Virus record (IMG/VR): IMGVR_UViG_3300037311_000293
Length of the DNA stretch: 64,000 bases
From: a virus
Strand: one strand, 5' to 3'
Position numbers and translations under genes: made by a program. The notes under the pieces were generated by a model. That model was not told the DNA's origin. It saw nothing but the letters and a program-made list of their open reading frames with translations, and ran no database searches. The first letter of the stretch is position 1. Every line of letters starts with the position of its first letter. This document shows, one piece after another, positions 9,879 to 19,811 of this stretch.

Positions 9879-10334
9879 TCACACATCCAGGATGATGGCG
9901 TAGGTGTTGGTGTTCGATGCAGTGAAGCCGATGAGCTGCGCCGCTGTGACCGCTCCCGCAGAGGTGAACGCCCCAGAGATGAGAGCGTCGGCGCCCCCGG
10001 AACCGGAGATCGCAAAGCCAGCGCCACGCTCGAGGATGAGATGAACCATCACGATGGGACCGCCTCCATCCGGTTGCGCCGAATAGTCTGTTCCCCTGGA
10101 CTTGCGCAGAGAAGCCATCCCCGCGATGATCGCGTTGATCTCTGCGACGATCTGCCGCATCGGCAGAACAGCACCGGCGGCCCCAGAGAAGGTCACTGGC
10201 GTCGCCGGGGTCGTGAAGTCCAGCGTCAGACCGCCTACCGGCAAGCCCGTGCTGGGAAACGGGCCGAAGACACCGCGACCGTTCAGGCGATCCTCGATCT
10301 CTTCGATGTTCCCGGTGTAGATGCGGTGGGTCAT
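9879..10334 (-). CDS. Hypothetical structural protein
   Basis: 151 aa, RBS AGGAGG, inside the head/neck operon. Confidence 0.7.
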   Translation of the reverse strand: MTHRIYTGNIEEIEDRLNGRGVFGPFPSTGLPVGGLTLDFTTPATPVTFSGAAGAVLPMRQIVAEINAIIAGMASLRKSRGTDYSAQPDGGGPIVMVHLILERGAGFAISGSGGADALISGAFTSAGAVTAAQLIGFTASNTNTYAIILDV

Positions 10335-10342
10335 TGTGCCTC

Positions 10343-10849
10343 CTAGTAGAACCCGAGGGCCGTCAGCGCGGCGTAGTCCGAATGCACCCCAGAGGGTCCG
10401 GAATCCATGATTCCGTTGATGTTGATGGCTGTCTTGATCTGCCTCTTCTCTTGCTCGTACGCGGCTTGGAAGAGGCTGAGGATCGACTGGTACAGCGGGG
10501 CCTTGTCGTTGAGGTTGACGCTCAAGCCGCCGTCGGAGAACGGGAGATGGTTGCGGGCGTACAGCAACATGACGCTTTGCAGCAGGCCGATGACGGTCCC
10601 GCGCACCGCGAAGTACTGGAGGTTGTAGGACACCATGTCGTCGAGGGTGAACGACGTGAACGGCGGTGTGCCGTTGAAGTTGCTCAAGAAGTCCATGGTC
10701 GCCCAGGCAATCATGCGATCACTGCTTTCCTCGCCGCGGATCAGCAAGTTGAGCGGCGTGAAGTCACGCATGAAGAGCCGCACACTCTGGATGTGGGCGT
10801 CGAAGGTAATCTGCGACGGCGGCTGACCAAGACCTTGTAGCTGGGACAT
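10343..10849 (-). CDS. Putative head-tail adaptor protein
   Basis: 168 aa helical; LPFSDGGLSV motif; position downstream of the capsid gene. Confidence 0.5.
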   Translation of the reverse strand: MSQLQGLGQPPSQITFDAHIQSVRLFMRDFTPLNLLIRGEESSDRMIAWATMDFLSNFNGTPPFTSFTLDDMVSYNLQYFAVRGTVIGLLQSVMLLYARNHLPFSDGGLSVNLNDKAPLYQSILSLFQAAYEQEKRQIKTAININGIMDSGPSGVHSDYAALTALGFY

Positions 10850-10866
10850 CGTTCACCCCCGACGCA

Positions 10867-11601
10867 TCAGAGCGCAGACAACAGCTCGATGATGCGGGCG
10901 TTCGACATCTTGTCGTTGGCCTCGACACCGAACTCGGCACAGAGCTGGAGGAGCTCCTTCTTCGTGCGCTTCTCCCAACCCTCGGGGAGCCGCTTCGCTT
11001 CGACAGGGGCCTCGGCGACTTCCGTCTCCGCTTCCACTGCCTCCGAGGACTCCACCGGCGTCTCTGCGGCTTCCACGGGCGCCACATCGGTGTCGGGGAC
11101 CCCCTCGGTCTCAGGCGGGCCCGCAGGAGGCTCTGCCGGCGGGGCCGGGGGTTCGGTGCGTAGACCCTCAAGCCAGGCGCCCGGCACGAAGCCGAGGCCC
11201 TCGGCGTCGACGACCAGAACACCGGCGGCGTGGGCGGTCTGTACCTCTTCCGTGGTGAGCTCGCCGGTCGACACCGGGTTCTCCGGAAGTACGATGGCCT
11301 CGACTTCGTCCGCCACCTGAAGCTCCTCTTCGGGTGCAGTGCGCCCGAGAAGACTGCGGAGCTCGTCGATGCTGACATCGGTGTCGGCGTTGTACTGGAC
11401 CAGAAGGGTACCGTTGGCGATGTGCGCCTCGATCTCCTTCTGATGCTTGGCGCAGAACGCCAGCGTGACCGGTACCCGAAGATTCGGACGAATCGTCAGC
11501 TCTCCGATCCGAAATGCGCGCCGCGAGAAACGATGCGCCCGCCGCATCATGCGGGTGTGGACGTTTCGGCCCCCGCCGACGAGATACAACTTGTCGCTCA
11601 T
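10867..11601 (-). CDS. Protein with acidic/proline linker and C-terminal HeH/Rho-N-like domain
   Basis: 244 aa; C-terminal WEKRTKKELLQLCAEFGVEANDKMSNARIIELL; immediately follows the major capsid gene. Confidence 0.65.
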   Translation of the reverse strand: MSDKLYLVGGGRNVHTRMMRRAHRFSRRAFRIGELTIRPNLRVPVTLAFCAKHQKEIEAHIANGTLLVQYNADTDVSIDELRSLLGRTAPEEELQVADEVEAIVLPENPVSTGELTTEEVQTAHAAGVLVVDAEGLGFVPGAWLEGLRTEPPAPPAEPPAGPPETEGVPDTDVAPVEAAETPVESSEAVEAETEVAEAPVEAKRLPEGWEKRTKKELLQLCAEFGVEANDKMSNARIIELLSAL

Positions 11602-11615
11602 GACTGTCTCCTAGC

Positions 11616-11648
11616 AAAGAAGGGGCACCGGCAGTGCCGATGCCCCTC
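11616..11648 (-). terminator. Hairpin/attenuating terminator after the major capsid gene
   Basis: GGGGCATCGGC-ACT-GCCGGTGCCCC followed by TTCTTT on the minus strand. Confidence 0.55.
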
Positions 11649-11674
11649 CGGTCGCATCAGGGTTGGGGGCGTGA

Positions 11675-12778
11675 TCAGAAGCTCACGACCTGGGGGAAGA
11701 ACTGGCGATTGCCGGCGCGGTTGTTCTCGGCTCCGAGACTCTCCTCGCTGACGGGCGTGACGCGCGACAGGATCGCGTCGGCGTCGTTCGTGGTCGCATC
11801 GCCCGAGTAGAGCTCGAGCTTGCGGACGCTCGCGATGTTCACGATCGACATCCCGACGTCCTTCCAGGCCACGAACTTGATCATGTTGATGACCTTGTCG
11901 ATGTAGAACTTCACGTTGTTGAGAACGTAGAAGCGGCCGAGGAAGTCCGGGGAGGTGAAGCAGTAGACGTTGCCGGGACGGAGGATGTCCGTCTTGATCG
12001 TCTTCACGTACCGCTTGCCCACGAGCATGTTGTACTTGAAGCCGCTCACGGCGGTCTCGGACTGGAGCTTGTCGCCCTGGTCTTCGACGGTCCACTGAAG
12101 GATGTCGTCCCAGTCGACCGACGTGATCAGGATCATGTCGCTCTCGAGGCGGTTGCCGTCGAGGAGCTTGATGAGCCGGACGATGTCGGGGCGCTGGAGC
12201 GGGCGGACGATGGCGTCGTCGGTGCCGGCGACGCGGGCGAGCTCGCCCTTGACGACGCTGAACTCGACCGTGGTACCGACGCTCGACGCGTTCAGCGTGG
12301 TGACCGAGCCACCGTTGGCCTCGGCCTGGAGAGCCTGCACCGCGGCCTCGATGTGGATCATGAACTCACGATCCTGGACCTCGCCCAGATCCTTCACGGC
12401 GTTCTGCTCGATCACCTTCCCGATGGGGAAGTTGTAGGCGAGGAACTCCTGTTCCGGCTTCTGGAACATGTCCGACATCACGGTGATGAAGGGAACCTCC
12501 ACCTTCGTGCCGCGGATGAAGTTCGCGCGCGGCTCGCCACGGAACGTGACGACCATGGCGCGGCTCTTCGGCTCGAGGAACTCGATCTTCACGAGGCTGT
12601 CGTGGTTGGTCGAGACCTGGCACTGGCTGCGATCCACGTTCTCCGGAGGGAGAACCTGTTCCGCGAAGCTCGCCTCGCGGAGGCGGTCGCGGATGTAGCC
12701 GCCGAACCGAGCGGCGATCTTGGTCTTCGCCCCCGGGTCGGAGAGCTGGTTGAGAAGCATCTCCTTGCTGTTCGACAT
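11675..12778 (-). CDS. Major capsid protein (HK97-fold presumed)
   Basis: Start reassigned to ATG 12778 (RBS AGGAG), 367 aa; IRDRLREASFAEQVLPP N-arm; very strong GC3 codon bias; followed by a hairpin; downstream of protease and scaffold-like genes. Confidence 0.8.
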   Translation of the reverse strand: MSNSKEMLLNQLSDPGAKTKIAARFGGYIRDRLREASFAEQVLPPENVDRSQCQVSTNHDSLVKIEFLEPKSRAMVVTFRGEPRANFIRGTKVEVPFITVMSDMFQKPEQEFLAYNFPIGKVIEQNAVKDLGEVQDREFMIHIEAAVQALQAEANGGSVTTLNASSVGTTVEFSVVKGELARVAGTDDAIVRPLQRPDIVRLIKLLDGNRLESDMILITSVDWDDILQWTVEDQGDKLQSETAVSGFKYNMLVGKRYVKTIKTDILRPGNVYCFTSPDFLGRFYVLNNVKFYIDKVINMIKFVAWKDVGMSIVNIASVRKLELYSGDATTNDADAILSRVTPVSEESLGAENNRAGNRQFFPQVVSF

Positions 12779-12825
12779 CTTGACTCTCCTGGTTGCCTGT
12801 TGGTGATGGGGTCCGGCTTGGGGGC

Positions 12826-13302
12826 TCAGACCAGCGTCTGAAGGATGCGGAGACGCCCGCCGTTGTTCGCCGCCACCTTGGTGACGTAGCCGATGATGAG
12901 GCCACCCGCCGAGGCGACGAGGCCACTGCGGTTGACGCTGCCGCTGGCGGCGGTGTTGACGGTGCCCTGCTGGACTGCCGCACCGAGGGTCGTCAGACCC
13001 GTGGCGAAGACGATGGTGTCGGCCTCGAAGGCTCCGCCGCCCATGATGGCGGAGAGCTTGCGGCTGGCCTGCACGTTGGTGTCGCCGCGGTCCTCGATGG
13101 CGAAGAACGAGGGGTGCGCGGGGTTGGAGGCACGCGCCCACTTGTACGTGCTGTCCATGAAGACGAGCTCGCCATCGATCAGCGGCACCACCGCCGTGTT
13201 CGTGGGGTCGAGGAGACGGACATCCGCCACCTCCAGGGGCTTGCGCACGAGTCGGTCCAGGGTGGGCTGGACGACCTCGAACTTGCGATCGTAGCTGGCC
13301 AT
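12826..13302 (-). CDS. Putative capsid decoration/cement protein
   Basis: 158 aa beta-rich, highly biased codons, directly upstream of the capsid gene, RBS GGAGG. Confidence 0.55.
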   Translation of the reverse strand: MASYDRKFEVVQPTLDRLVRKPLEVADVRLLDPTNTAVVPLIDGELVFMDSTYKWARASNPAHPSFFAIEDRGDTNVQASRKLSAIMGGGAFEADTIVFATGLTTLGAAVQQGTVNTAASGSVNRSGLVASAGGLIIGYVTKVAANNGGRLRILQTLV

Positions 13303-13348
13303 TGATTCATTCCTCCGGTTGGATCCTCAAAACCAGGTCGTCCGGCCT

Positions 13349-13741
13349 TCAGTTGAAGGCCCCCTGGGTCGTCACGAAGTCTTCCAGCTCGTCGCTGGAC
13401 TGGCGCTCACCATGAGACGCACGCTTGGTGTTGGTGTTGTCGGCGTTGTCGAGGCTGCCGAGACGAGCACCGCCAGCAGCCATCTCGATGGCCTGGGCGA
13501 AGCTCGCGAGCTTCTCTTCGTCGAACTCACGAAGAGCAGCGACCTTCTCCTCGAAGTCCATCTCGGGCTCGAGTCCGCGCTGCTCCATGCGACGGGCGAG
13601 CTTCATCAGACGGAGCTCGTGCTCCGCCGCCGATGCGCGCTTCATCAAGCTCTGATTGCTGCTGGCGAGCTTGCGCATGTGCTGAGCCGCGGTCTGCATG
13701 ATCGCGGGAACCTCACTCGCCACCTTCTTCATGTTGGTCAT
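13349..13741 (-). CDS. Scaffold-like/internal head protein
   Basis: 130 aa coiled coil with about 7 K-x-A motifs (KVAS, KLAS, KRAS, KLAR, KVAA). Confidence 0.65.
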   Translation of the reverse strand: MTNMKKVASEVPAIMQTAAQHMRKLASSNQSLMKRASAAEHELRLMKLARRMEQRGLEPEMDFEEKVAALREFDEEKLASFAQAIEMAAGGARLGSLDNADNTNTKRASHGERQSSDELEDFVTTQGAFN

Positions 13742-13767
13742 GGGCTGTCTCCTCGTGAAATACCGAC

Positions 13768-14907
13768 TCAGCCGAGCAGCGTGGCGGGGTCGACCCCGAG
13801 CTTGGACTTGATCGACGTCAGAATCGACGCCGCCTTCTGGCGCTCTTCGACAGGCGCATCTTCGTCGTTGTAGACGTCGAAGGCGCGCTTGATGTAGGCG
13901 CGTGCGGCAGCGGACGTCTTCTCCTCGTCCTTGTCGTCCTTCTTGTCCTTCTTGGCCTCTGCCTTCTCGGTCTTCTCAGGCTTCGACTCCTCGTGCGAGG
14001 AAGCGCGCTTGCGAATCGCCGAGCTGAGCTTCTGGCCTTCGGTCGTGAGCGTGTGGGCGCCGACCGCCGGGTCCTTCTTCGGGGGCTCCGAGAAGTGCTT
14101 GGTGGTCTCTCGCGTCGTGGCGTCGCGGGCCTGAGAGCGCGTCATCGAGATCAGGCCGGCGTTGTCCGGGATGTGCGAGCTGGGCCCAGGCTCGGTGTCG
14201 AGCTTGAAGCTGTCGCTGTGCCCCGGCATCGAGGGCGGCGGGCTCGACGGATCCTGAGCCGCCTTGACCTGCTGCATGATGGCTTCGGCTTGATCGATCA
14301 GCCCGAGGCTCATCAGCGTCTCGGCCTGCGCCATCTTCGCCCGAAGAAGACGATTGGCCGCCGTCTTGTCCTTCGTCCAGCCCGCCGTCTTGCCGGGCTC
14401 GTTCTTCGGGGCACCGCTGTCGTCGCCGGGGGACGTGAACTCTTCCTTGTTCGTGTCCTGGCCGGCGGGATGGAGCTTGCCGCCGCTGAAGCGGTCCGTG
14501 ACCTTCGACGTCGCCTTGGGCGAGGCCGTGGCCGTGGTGATGAAGCCGGATTCCGACACCGCAGGACCCGGGGCATCGTGGACGGTGCCCTCGGCGATCT
14601 TGGTGACGATGCTGCTGCCGGCCTCGAGCGCTTCGGCGAGCTTGAAGGCGAAGTCGACGTCCGCCAGCGCGGATTCCTTCGTCTCTTCCTTCTCTTCCTT
14701 CTTCTCCTTGCGCTTCTCGCGGCTCTTCTCGTCGTCACCCTCGAACGGGGTGTCTTCGGAGGCGCGCTTGGTGATGGGCAGAAGGTCGCTGAGGAAGTCG
14801 CCGGGATCCCCGGCGGGCTCCGCGTCGCGGGCCGACGCCAACTTCAGGCCGCTCTCCGCCTTGGAGAGGGCGCTGCTGACGATATCGCTGAGGGTCAAAC
14901 CGGGCAT
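13768..14907 (-). CDS. Internal head/scaffold protein, low complexity
   Basis: 379 aa, charged and disordered, more than 10 K-x-A/S motifs, strong GC3 bias. Confidence 0.7.
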   Translation of the reverse strand: MPGLTLSDIVSSALSKAESGLKLASARDAEPAGDPGDFLSDLLPITKRASEDTPFEGDDEKSREKRKEKKEEKEETKESALADVDFAFKLAEALEAGSSIVTKIAEGTVHDAPGPAVSESGFITTATASPKATSKVTDRFSGGKLHPAGQDTNKEEFTSPGDDSGAPKNEPGKTAGWTKDKTAANRLLRAKMAQAETLMSLGLIDQAEAIMQQVKAAQDPSSPPPSMPGHSDSFKLDTEPGPSSHIPDNAGLISMTRSQARDATTRETTKHFSEPPKKDPAVGAHTLTTEGQKLSSAIRKRASSHEESKPEKTEKAEAKKDKKDDKDEEKTSAAARAYIKRAFDVYNDEDAPVEERQKAASILTSIKSKLGVDPATLLG

Positions 14908-14914
14908 GGGTTCC

Positions 14915-15133
14915 TCACGTAACTGGGGGTGGGGGAAGTGCTTTCTGGGAGGAGATCAGGTCGGGCCGGGTCTCAGCGGTCGGCGCAGCGGGCTGCGCGT
15001 ACTCCTGGCGGTCCTTGCCGACGTCACGCTGCTTCATCCGGCGACGTGCGTCGCCCATCCCAGCGGGACCCATGACCGTTTGGGCTTCCTTGAGGAAGCG
15101 CTCGATCAGGAGACTGGGATGGGCAGCACGCAT
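14915..15133 (-). CDS. Small hypothetical head-module protein
   Basis: 72 aa filling the gap between co-oriented genes; contains LKEAQ. Confidence 0.5.
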   Translation of the reverse strand: MRAAHPSLLIERFLKEAQTVMGPAGMGDARRRMKQRDVGKDRQEYAQPAAPTAETRPDLISSQKALPPPPVT

Positions 15134-15136
15134 CGA

Positions 15137-16204
15137 TCAACCCTCCAGGTAGCCGTTCTCCTGAAGGAGCTCCTCGGCGCGGGCGTACACCGCGGCGTAG
15201 TAGTCGTCGCCCGCGAACTCAGAGAACTCCGAGAACTCGGTCTGTTCGGCTGCGAGCTTGGTGGGCTCGACGATCCCGTTCTCGACGAGGATGTGGTTCG
15301 CGAACGCGACGGCATCTTGCTCGAAGGCCTCGTCGAACGACTGCTTCTTCCGCATCGCTGCCGCTCCGGCGCCCGCACCAGCGGTGGCCAGGGCCGCGCC
15401 ACCCAGCGCCGCGCGCCCCGTGCGCCGCGACTTCGCCGCATCCTCGAGGGCGTTACCCCCAGCAGCCATGCGCTTCTTGGCGCCTTCGGCTCCCCCACGC
15501 AGCTTGTAGCCGACGCGGGTGCTCACGGCGTGCTCCTTCTCCCGCACGGCACCCGCTGCGCCGCTTGCCGCGCTGCGTGCCTTGCTGGCGGCACCGCGGA
15601 CCTTGTCGGCCGCGCCGCTTGCCGCCCCACGGACCTTGCCGATCGCGCCACGAACGGCGTCCGTGGCGGCCGCCATGCGGGACGCTTCCTTCGTCGCTTC
15701 GTCCTCGCCGTCGCCGCCCTCGAGCTCGGCGAGCTTCTCGACGAAGCCCTCCGCCATCGCGCGACCGATCTCTCGGGCATCCGCGATCTTCTCCTCGGCG
15801 GCGATCTTCTGCTCGAAGTACGAGGGGTCGCTCATGTTCTGGGCGAGCTCCGCGAAGAGCTGGTGGTAGTCCTCACGGCTGAGCTCGTTGAGGTCGATGC
15901 CCTCGGCCTGGGCGATCTTGCCCAGCTCGACGGCCACATCGGCGTTGGTGATCTCGTTCGGGATCTGCGTCTCGTCGCTCATGGTCTGTTCCTTCTGGGG
16001 CTCCTGATGGGCGCTTGCGGTCTTCTCCGGAGGGAGCAACTCCGAAAGTAGACTCGCCACGTCTTCGTCGCTGAGGTCGTCGAGCTCGATGCCCTCTTGT
16101 TCAGCGATCTTCTGAAGGACGTGGCTCGCGTTCGCAAGATCGATGTCCAGGTCCTCGGAAGAGTCTTCCGTGTCCTGCTCGAAGATGTCGGTGACGCGTT
16201 CCAT
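15137..16204 (-). CDS. Internal head protein (acidic, K-x-A motifs, glycine zipper)
   Basis: 355 aa; KIAE, KTAS, KIAQ, KIAA, KIAD, KLAE, KEAS, KLAA; AALGGAALATAGAGAGAAA. Confidence 0.7.
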   Translation of the reverse strand: MERVTDIFEQDTEDSSEDLDIDLANASHVLQKIAEQEGIELDDLSDEDVASLLSELLPPEKTASAHQEPQKEQTMSDETQIPNEITNADVAVELGKIAQAEGIDLNELSREDYHQLFAELAQNMSDPSYFEQKIAAEEKIADAREIGRAMAEGFVEKLAELEGGDGEDEATKEASRMAAATDAVRGAIGKVRGAASGAADKVRGAASKARSAASGAAGAVREKEHAVSTRVGYKLRGGAEGAKKRMAAGGNALEDAAKSRRTGRAALGGAALATAGAGAGAAAMRKKQSFDEAFEQDAVAFANHILVENGIVEPTKLAAEQTEFSEFSEFAGDDYYAAVYARAEELLQENGYLEG

Positions 16205-16252
16205 GTTCTGTCCTTTGTGGGCGAACCTTCGTCGTTGGCTGCTCGGAGCTGC

Positions 16253-17965
16253 CTAGAAGGACTTCAGTGCACCCCGCGCCGCCGAAACGAGAGAGGTCGC
16301 AGCCTGACGAAGACCGCCGGCATTGTCCACAGCCATCGCTGCACGAAGAACCGCTCCGATCGTTGCCATCGAAGTGAAAGTCGGATTCTCGGCGACGAAC
16401 TGTGCCATGGCCCCTAGCTGCTCACCCTCTTCGTTCCTTCGACGAAGGTGCGATGAAACCAAATGTATCACGGGCGCTAGACCGAGGAGAAGCGCACTCA
16501 GGCCGATCCCTTTCAGGTCACGCGGAACCGAGAGCAGCGAAGCCGCCTTGGGCATCAGATTTTCAGCGTTCTCGAGTACGCTGATCCTATAGCCATTGTA
16601 CGCCGCCGCGATCTTCTCCAAACGGATGTAGTTGGGTTCCGAAGATCCGAGTTTGGGCTCGTCGGACGACAGCCGGGCATTCAGATACGGCGCATACGCC
16701 GAACGCTCCGGCACCAGCGGTACAAGGGCGCTTGCCAACTTGGCGTCGAACAACACGGGGTCGACGGCATAGCTGTCGTCGATGCCGCCTGTGGTATCGA
16801 ACACCGCATTCATCGAAGCCAGTGCTTGCTTCTCGGCAGCAGGAAGAACGATGGCCTGGAACTCCCGTGGAGTCGGGATGATGCCCAGCCCAGCAAGTAC
16901 GGTCAGCAGCGTGCGGGGCTCGGTACCTGCATCGACGATCGCGGACAGCGTCTCAGAAGCATCCGGAGCTGACTTCGCGTCGACCTCAACGGCCTGCGCG
17001 ATGCCATCTGGGATCTCCTTTTCCATCGACGACAGCTTCATCGACGACATCAAGGTATCGAGGATCTTGTCGATTCGACGTGTACCAGGAGCCGGTGCGG
17101 GGAGCTCGCTACCCGCCATGAACCACATGACGCGGGCGGTACGGTCGGCGCCGACCCAGACGAAGCTGATGTCAAAGAACCGCGGGAAGTCGTTGTAGAC
17201 GAACACCTTGCGGCCGTCGGGATAGATCTTCCCCGGCTCATTCCTCATGTGCTCGCAGTAGTCGACGCGCGTTACTGCGAGACCGCGGATCTTGGTGTGA
17301 AACCGATGGTAGGCCAGGATGGCAACACCGGGAGTGCGGTGTTTCTTGAGGTCGAAGAGCTTCCAAGCCTTCCGAATCGCATCCCAATCGGTGCAGATCG
17401 AGCACAAGTCGAAGGGCACTCGGCAACCCATCGAGACGTCGACGCGTTCACCCGCGGCGATTCGACTCAGGATGGATGTGTGGCCCTTCTTGGCGGCCTC
17501 TTCGTTGAACACGCGCTCGACGAGCTCGATGCGCTTCATCGTGGGGTTCAGCGCGACGTAGATGACGTCGCCGAAGCCGAGCTGCTGAGGATCAGTGTTC
17601 TTGTGATGGGCGTAGACCGTCGCGCCGTAGTACGTAGGGTAGCCGTAAGGCCAGTCCTTCCCCTGCATTTTGTCGGTCTCGTAATCCTGCCCAAAGGATT
17701 CTGGGGCGTTGAGGAGACCGTTGAAGTCGAGCGGCGCGTTGTACCCGTACCAGTCTCGGTTCGAGTTCGATCCGTAGAACTCGGAGTACCCCATCGCGTT
17801 TACGAGGGTGTAGGTGTACCGGGGATCAGGTTTCAACGAGTCGATGAAGCGCTGGACGGAGGGCACCAGGGGACTCGCCGTCTTCACCTGTTCACCAGGC
17901 GTGATGACGCGTACCAGGGGCTCTCCGTCAGGCTCACCTTGGAGATATGCGCGCTTGATCAGCAT
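16253..17965 (-). CDS. Prohead maturation protease (HK97/herpes-type serine protease)
   Basis: Start reassigned to ATG 17965 (overlaps upstream stop), 570 aa; VYAHH (His), DVSMGC (Ser), FFDISFVWVGADRTARV; CSIC zinc insertion. Confidence 0.75.
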   Translation of the reverse strand: MLIKRAYLQGEPDGEPLVRVITPGEQVKTASPLVPSVQRFIDSLKPDPRYTYTLVNAMGYSEFYGSNSNRDWYGYNAPLDFNGLLNAPESFGQDYETDKMQGKDWPYGYPTYYGATVYAHHKNTDPQQLGFGDVIYVALNPTMKRIELVERVFNEEAAKKGHTSILSRIAAGERVDVSMGCRVPFDLCSICTDWDAIRKAWKLFDLKKHRTPGVAILAYHRFHTKIRGLAVTRVDYCEHMRNEPGKIYPDGRKVFVYNDFPRFFDISFVWVGADRTARVMWFMAGSELPAPAPGTRRIDKILDTLMSSMKLSSMEKEIPDGIAQAVEVDAKSAPDASETLSAIVDAGTEPRTLLTVLAGLGIIPTPREFQAIVLPAAEKQALASMNAVFDTTGGIDDSYAVDPVLFDAKLASALVPLVPERSAYAPYLNARLSSDEPKLGSSEPNYIRLEKIAAAYNGYRISVLENAENLMPKAASLLSVPRDLKGIGLSALLLGLAPVIHLVSSHLRRRNEEGEQLGAMAQFVAENPTFTSMATIGAVLRAAMAVDNAGGLRQAATSLVSAARGALKSF

Positions 17966-18660
17966 CGCTTCCGGATCGCGGAGGACAGGCGCCGCGCCGC
18001 CGAGGTCTTGAAAGCACCCTGAGCCACGGCCTCGAGAAGTTGCTTCTGGTCCATCCCATACTGCTGGGCGGCGTGGCCGAGGTTCCGGGCCACCCGATCG
18101 GCGTACGCCGTGACCTTCTCCTGCGCCTGTCGCTCTTGTACGCCCTTGAGCTGGCCCTTCAGCGAGGCGATCTCGCCGTGCTCCTTGTCGACTTCGCGGT
18201 ACCGCGTGATGCCGCGGTCGACAAGACGCTCCACCGCGGCCCCAGGGCCGGGCCCGGCTTCGGAACGCGCGGCCGAGGCCATCTGGGAACGAATGCCGCT
18301 GAGATCCTTCACGGCGTCGAGGAGTGCGCGGCTCGATTGAACGGCGTCGAGCCCGCCGGACTCCACGATGGTGTCGACCCAAGCCCCAGCCACCATGGGG
18401 TCTTTCGCCATGGTGGGGTTGACGTTGTGGAGGCTGTTGTAGATCCGTCCCACCAGCACGGGATCACGGCCCTTGAGCTGTGGGTGGATGTTCAGCATCT
18501 CCTTGTACGCCACGGCCTTCCGCTTGGCTTCGCGCATGCGGCCGATCGCGCCGGCCGCAGCCGTCACACCGAGACCAGCACCCGCAGCGGCCATGGGGCC
18601 CCAGAATCCAGGATCTTTGATGAGGCTCTTGAAAACCCCGTGCTGAGAGTACTTCGGCAT
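17959..18660 (-). CDS. Hypothetical virion protein with N-terminal glycine zipper
   Basis: Start ATG 18660 (RBS GAGGAG); FWGPMAAAGAGLGVTAAAGAIG. Confidence 0.65.
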   Translation of the reverse strand: MPKYSQHGVFKSLIKDPGFWGPMAAAGAGLGVTAAAGAIGRMREAKRKAVAYKEMLNIHPQLKGRDPVLVGRIYNSLHNVNPTMAKDPMVAGAWVDTIVESGGLDAVQSSRALLDAVKDLSGIRSQMASAARSEAGPGPGAAVERLVDRGITRYREVDKEHGEIASLKGQLKGVQERQAQEKVTAYADRVARNLGHAAQQYGMDQKQLLEAVAQGAFKTSAARRLSSAIRKRC

Positions 18661-18667
18661 GAACTCC

Positions 18668-18931
18668 TCACGTGTAGAGAAGGCGGTACTTCGCCTCGTC
18701 GTACTTCTGCTTGGCCTTCCGGCCGCCCAAGTAGGTACCACCAGCCAGCGCGGCGTACCCCGCCACACGACCGGCCTTCTCGTTGGTCCCGAGGCCGCGG
18801 GCCAGCCCGGCACCGGCCTCGCCGCTGCCCTTGGCCACCCGACGAAGGAAGGCGCCCGCGGCTTCTGCCTTTTCGGCCGCGGACGCCGTCTTCAAGAGAC
18901 CGATCGAAAGCGCGAGGGTCTTCGTCTTCAT
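18668..18931 (-). CDS. Small glycine-zipper protein
   Basis: Start ATG 18931 in an ATGA overlap; LLKTASAA; VAGYAALAGGTYLGGRK. Confidence 0.6.
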   Translation of the reverse strand: MKTKTLALSIGLLKTASAAEKAEAAGAFLRRVAKGSGEAGAGLARGLGTNEKAGRVAGYAALAGGTYLGGRKAKQKYDEAKYRLLYT

Positions 18932-19740
18932 CGCTCTTCCTCCAGCCACGCCGTGACATCGGCGAGGTTCTTCTCCAGATCGCGGAGCGCGAGCTGGTGG
19001 GCCTGGTAGGTCTTGGCCTCCTTCACGAGTTCCGCGAAAGCAGACACGACCGGGGCGGCAGGATTGATGATCCGAGACGCCACCTTCTGATTGCTGGCCT
19101 TCATGAAAGGCGAGAACCGACGAAACGCGACCTTCGCGGATTCGGCGTCGACGAGACTCCAGGCCTCAAGAAGCTCGGAGGGCGAAGTACCCTGTGAAGT
19201 CGCAGAGACCACGGCCTCCGCCAGCTTCTCCACGGCCATCGACATCCGCTCCTTGGCAGCCTCAGAGCTCTGTACGAGCTCGTCGTGTCCCGCAGCCAGC
19301 TTGCTGCGGAGCGACATGACGTCGCCCAACACCCCGGCACGGGTACGCTCGGATTCAGTGAAGGACGCCGCAGAAGACTTCGAGAAGTCCGGCGGCATGG
19401 AGTATTCGAGGGCGTCGATGGTGACCTCCCGAGGCCGTGCCTCTTTGTGCAGAGCCTGTAGCACTTCCACGGGGTCTGCGGGTCCGCCGTCGATGTGGAC
19501 GTGGCGAAGATGCCCCGAGGTCGAGGCGTACTTGCGCTGGAACGCTTCGATGTTGGCGAACTCCACGACGCGACGAACCTGCTCGGAGTTCAGTTTCTCG
19601 TGACCCACCGTTTGGACGACGGCGTCGGTGAGGCTGATTCCTGCGGTGTCTGCGAGGTGCGCGGCCTGCTTTCCCAGGTGCTCGAAGAGCCCGGGGTCGA
19701 CTGACCGCCCGCGTACGTGGAGCGTGTCGTGGCGCGTCAT
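18928..19740 (-). CDS. Hypothetical head-module protein
   Basis: Start ATG 19740 (RBS GGAG); KQAA, KLAA, KLAE, KVAS and KEAK motifs. Confidence 0.65.
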   Translation of the reverse strand: MTRHDTLHVRGRSVDPGLFEHLGKQAAHLADTAGISLTDAVVQTVGHEKLNSEQVRRVVEFANIEAFQRKYASTSGHLRHVHIDGGPADPVEVLQALHKEARPREVTIDALEYSMPPDFSKSSAASFTESERTRAGVLGDVMSLRSKLAAGHDELVQSSEAAKERMSMAVEKLAEAVVSATSQGTSPSELLEAWSLVDAESAKVAFRRFSPFMKASNQKVASRIINPAAPVVSAFAELVKEAKTYQAHQLALRDLEKNLADVTAWLEEER

Positions 19741-19811
19741 GGTATGGATCTCCAGCCGATCTGCCTGTGAGTAGGGTACCTTACGTGGCACCAGTAGGGG
19801 AATACATCGCA

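Noticed and set aside
16253-18382. ORF-track N-terminal extensions (709-aa protease, 488-aa capsid, 606-aa ORF at 8207, 468-aa AAA ATPase)
   Set aside because: The extensions overlap neighbouring real genes and lack RBS; internal starts have SD sequences or stop/start overlaps
19788-19801. CACCAGTAGGGG as a fourth copy of the 14-bp motif at the 19740/19812 divergent junction
   Set aside because: Only the CAGTA core matches, too weak to call by eye, although the position would fit
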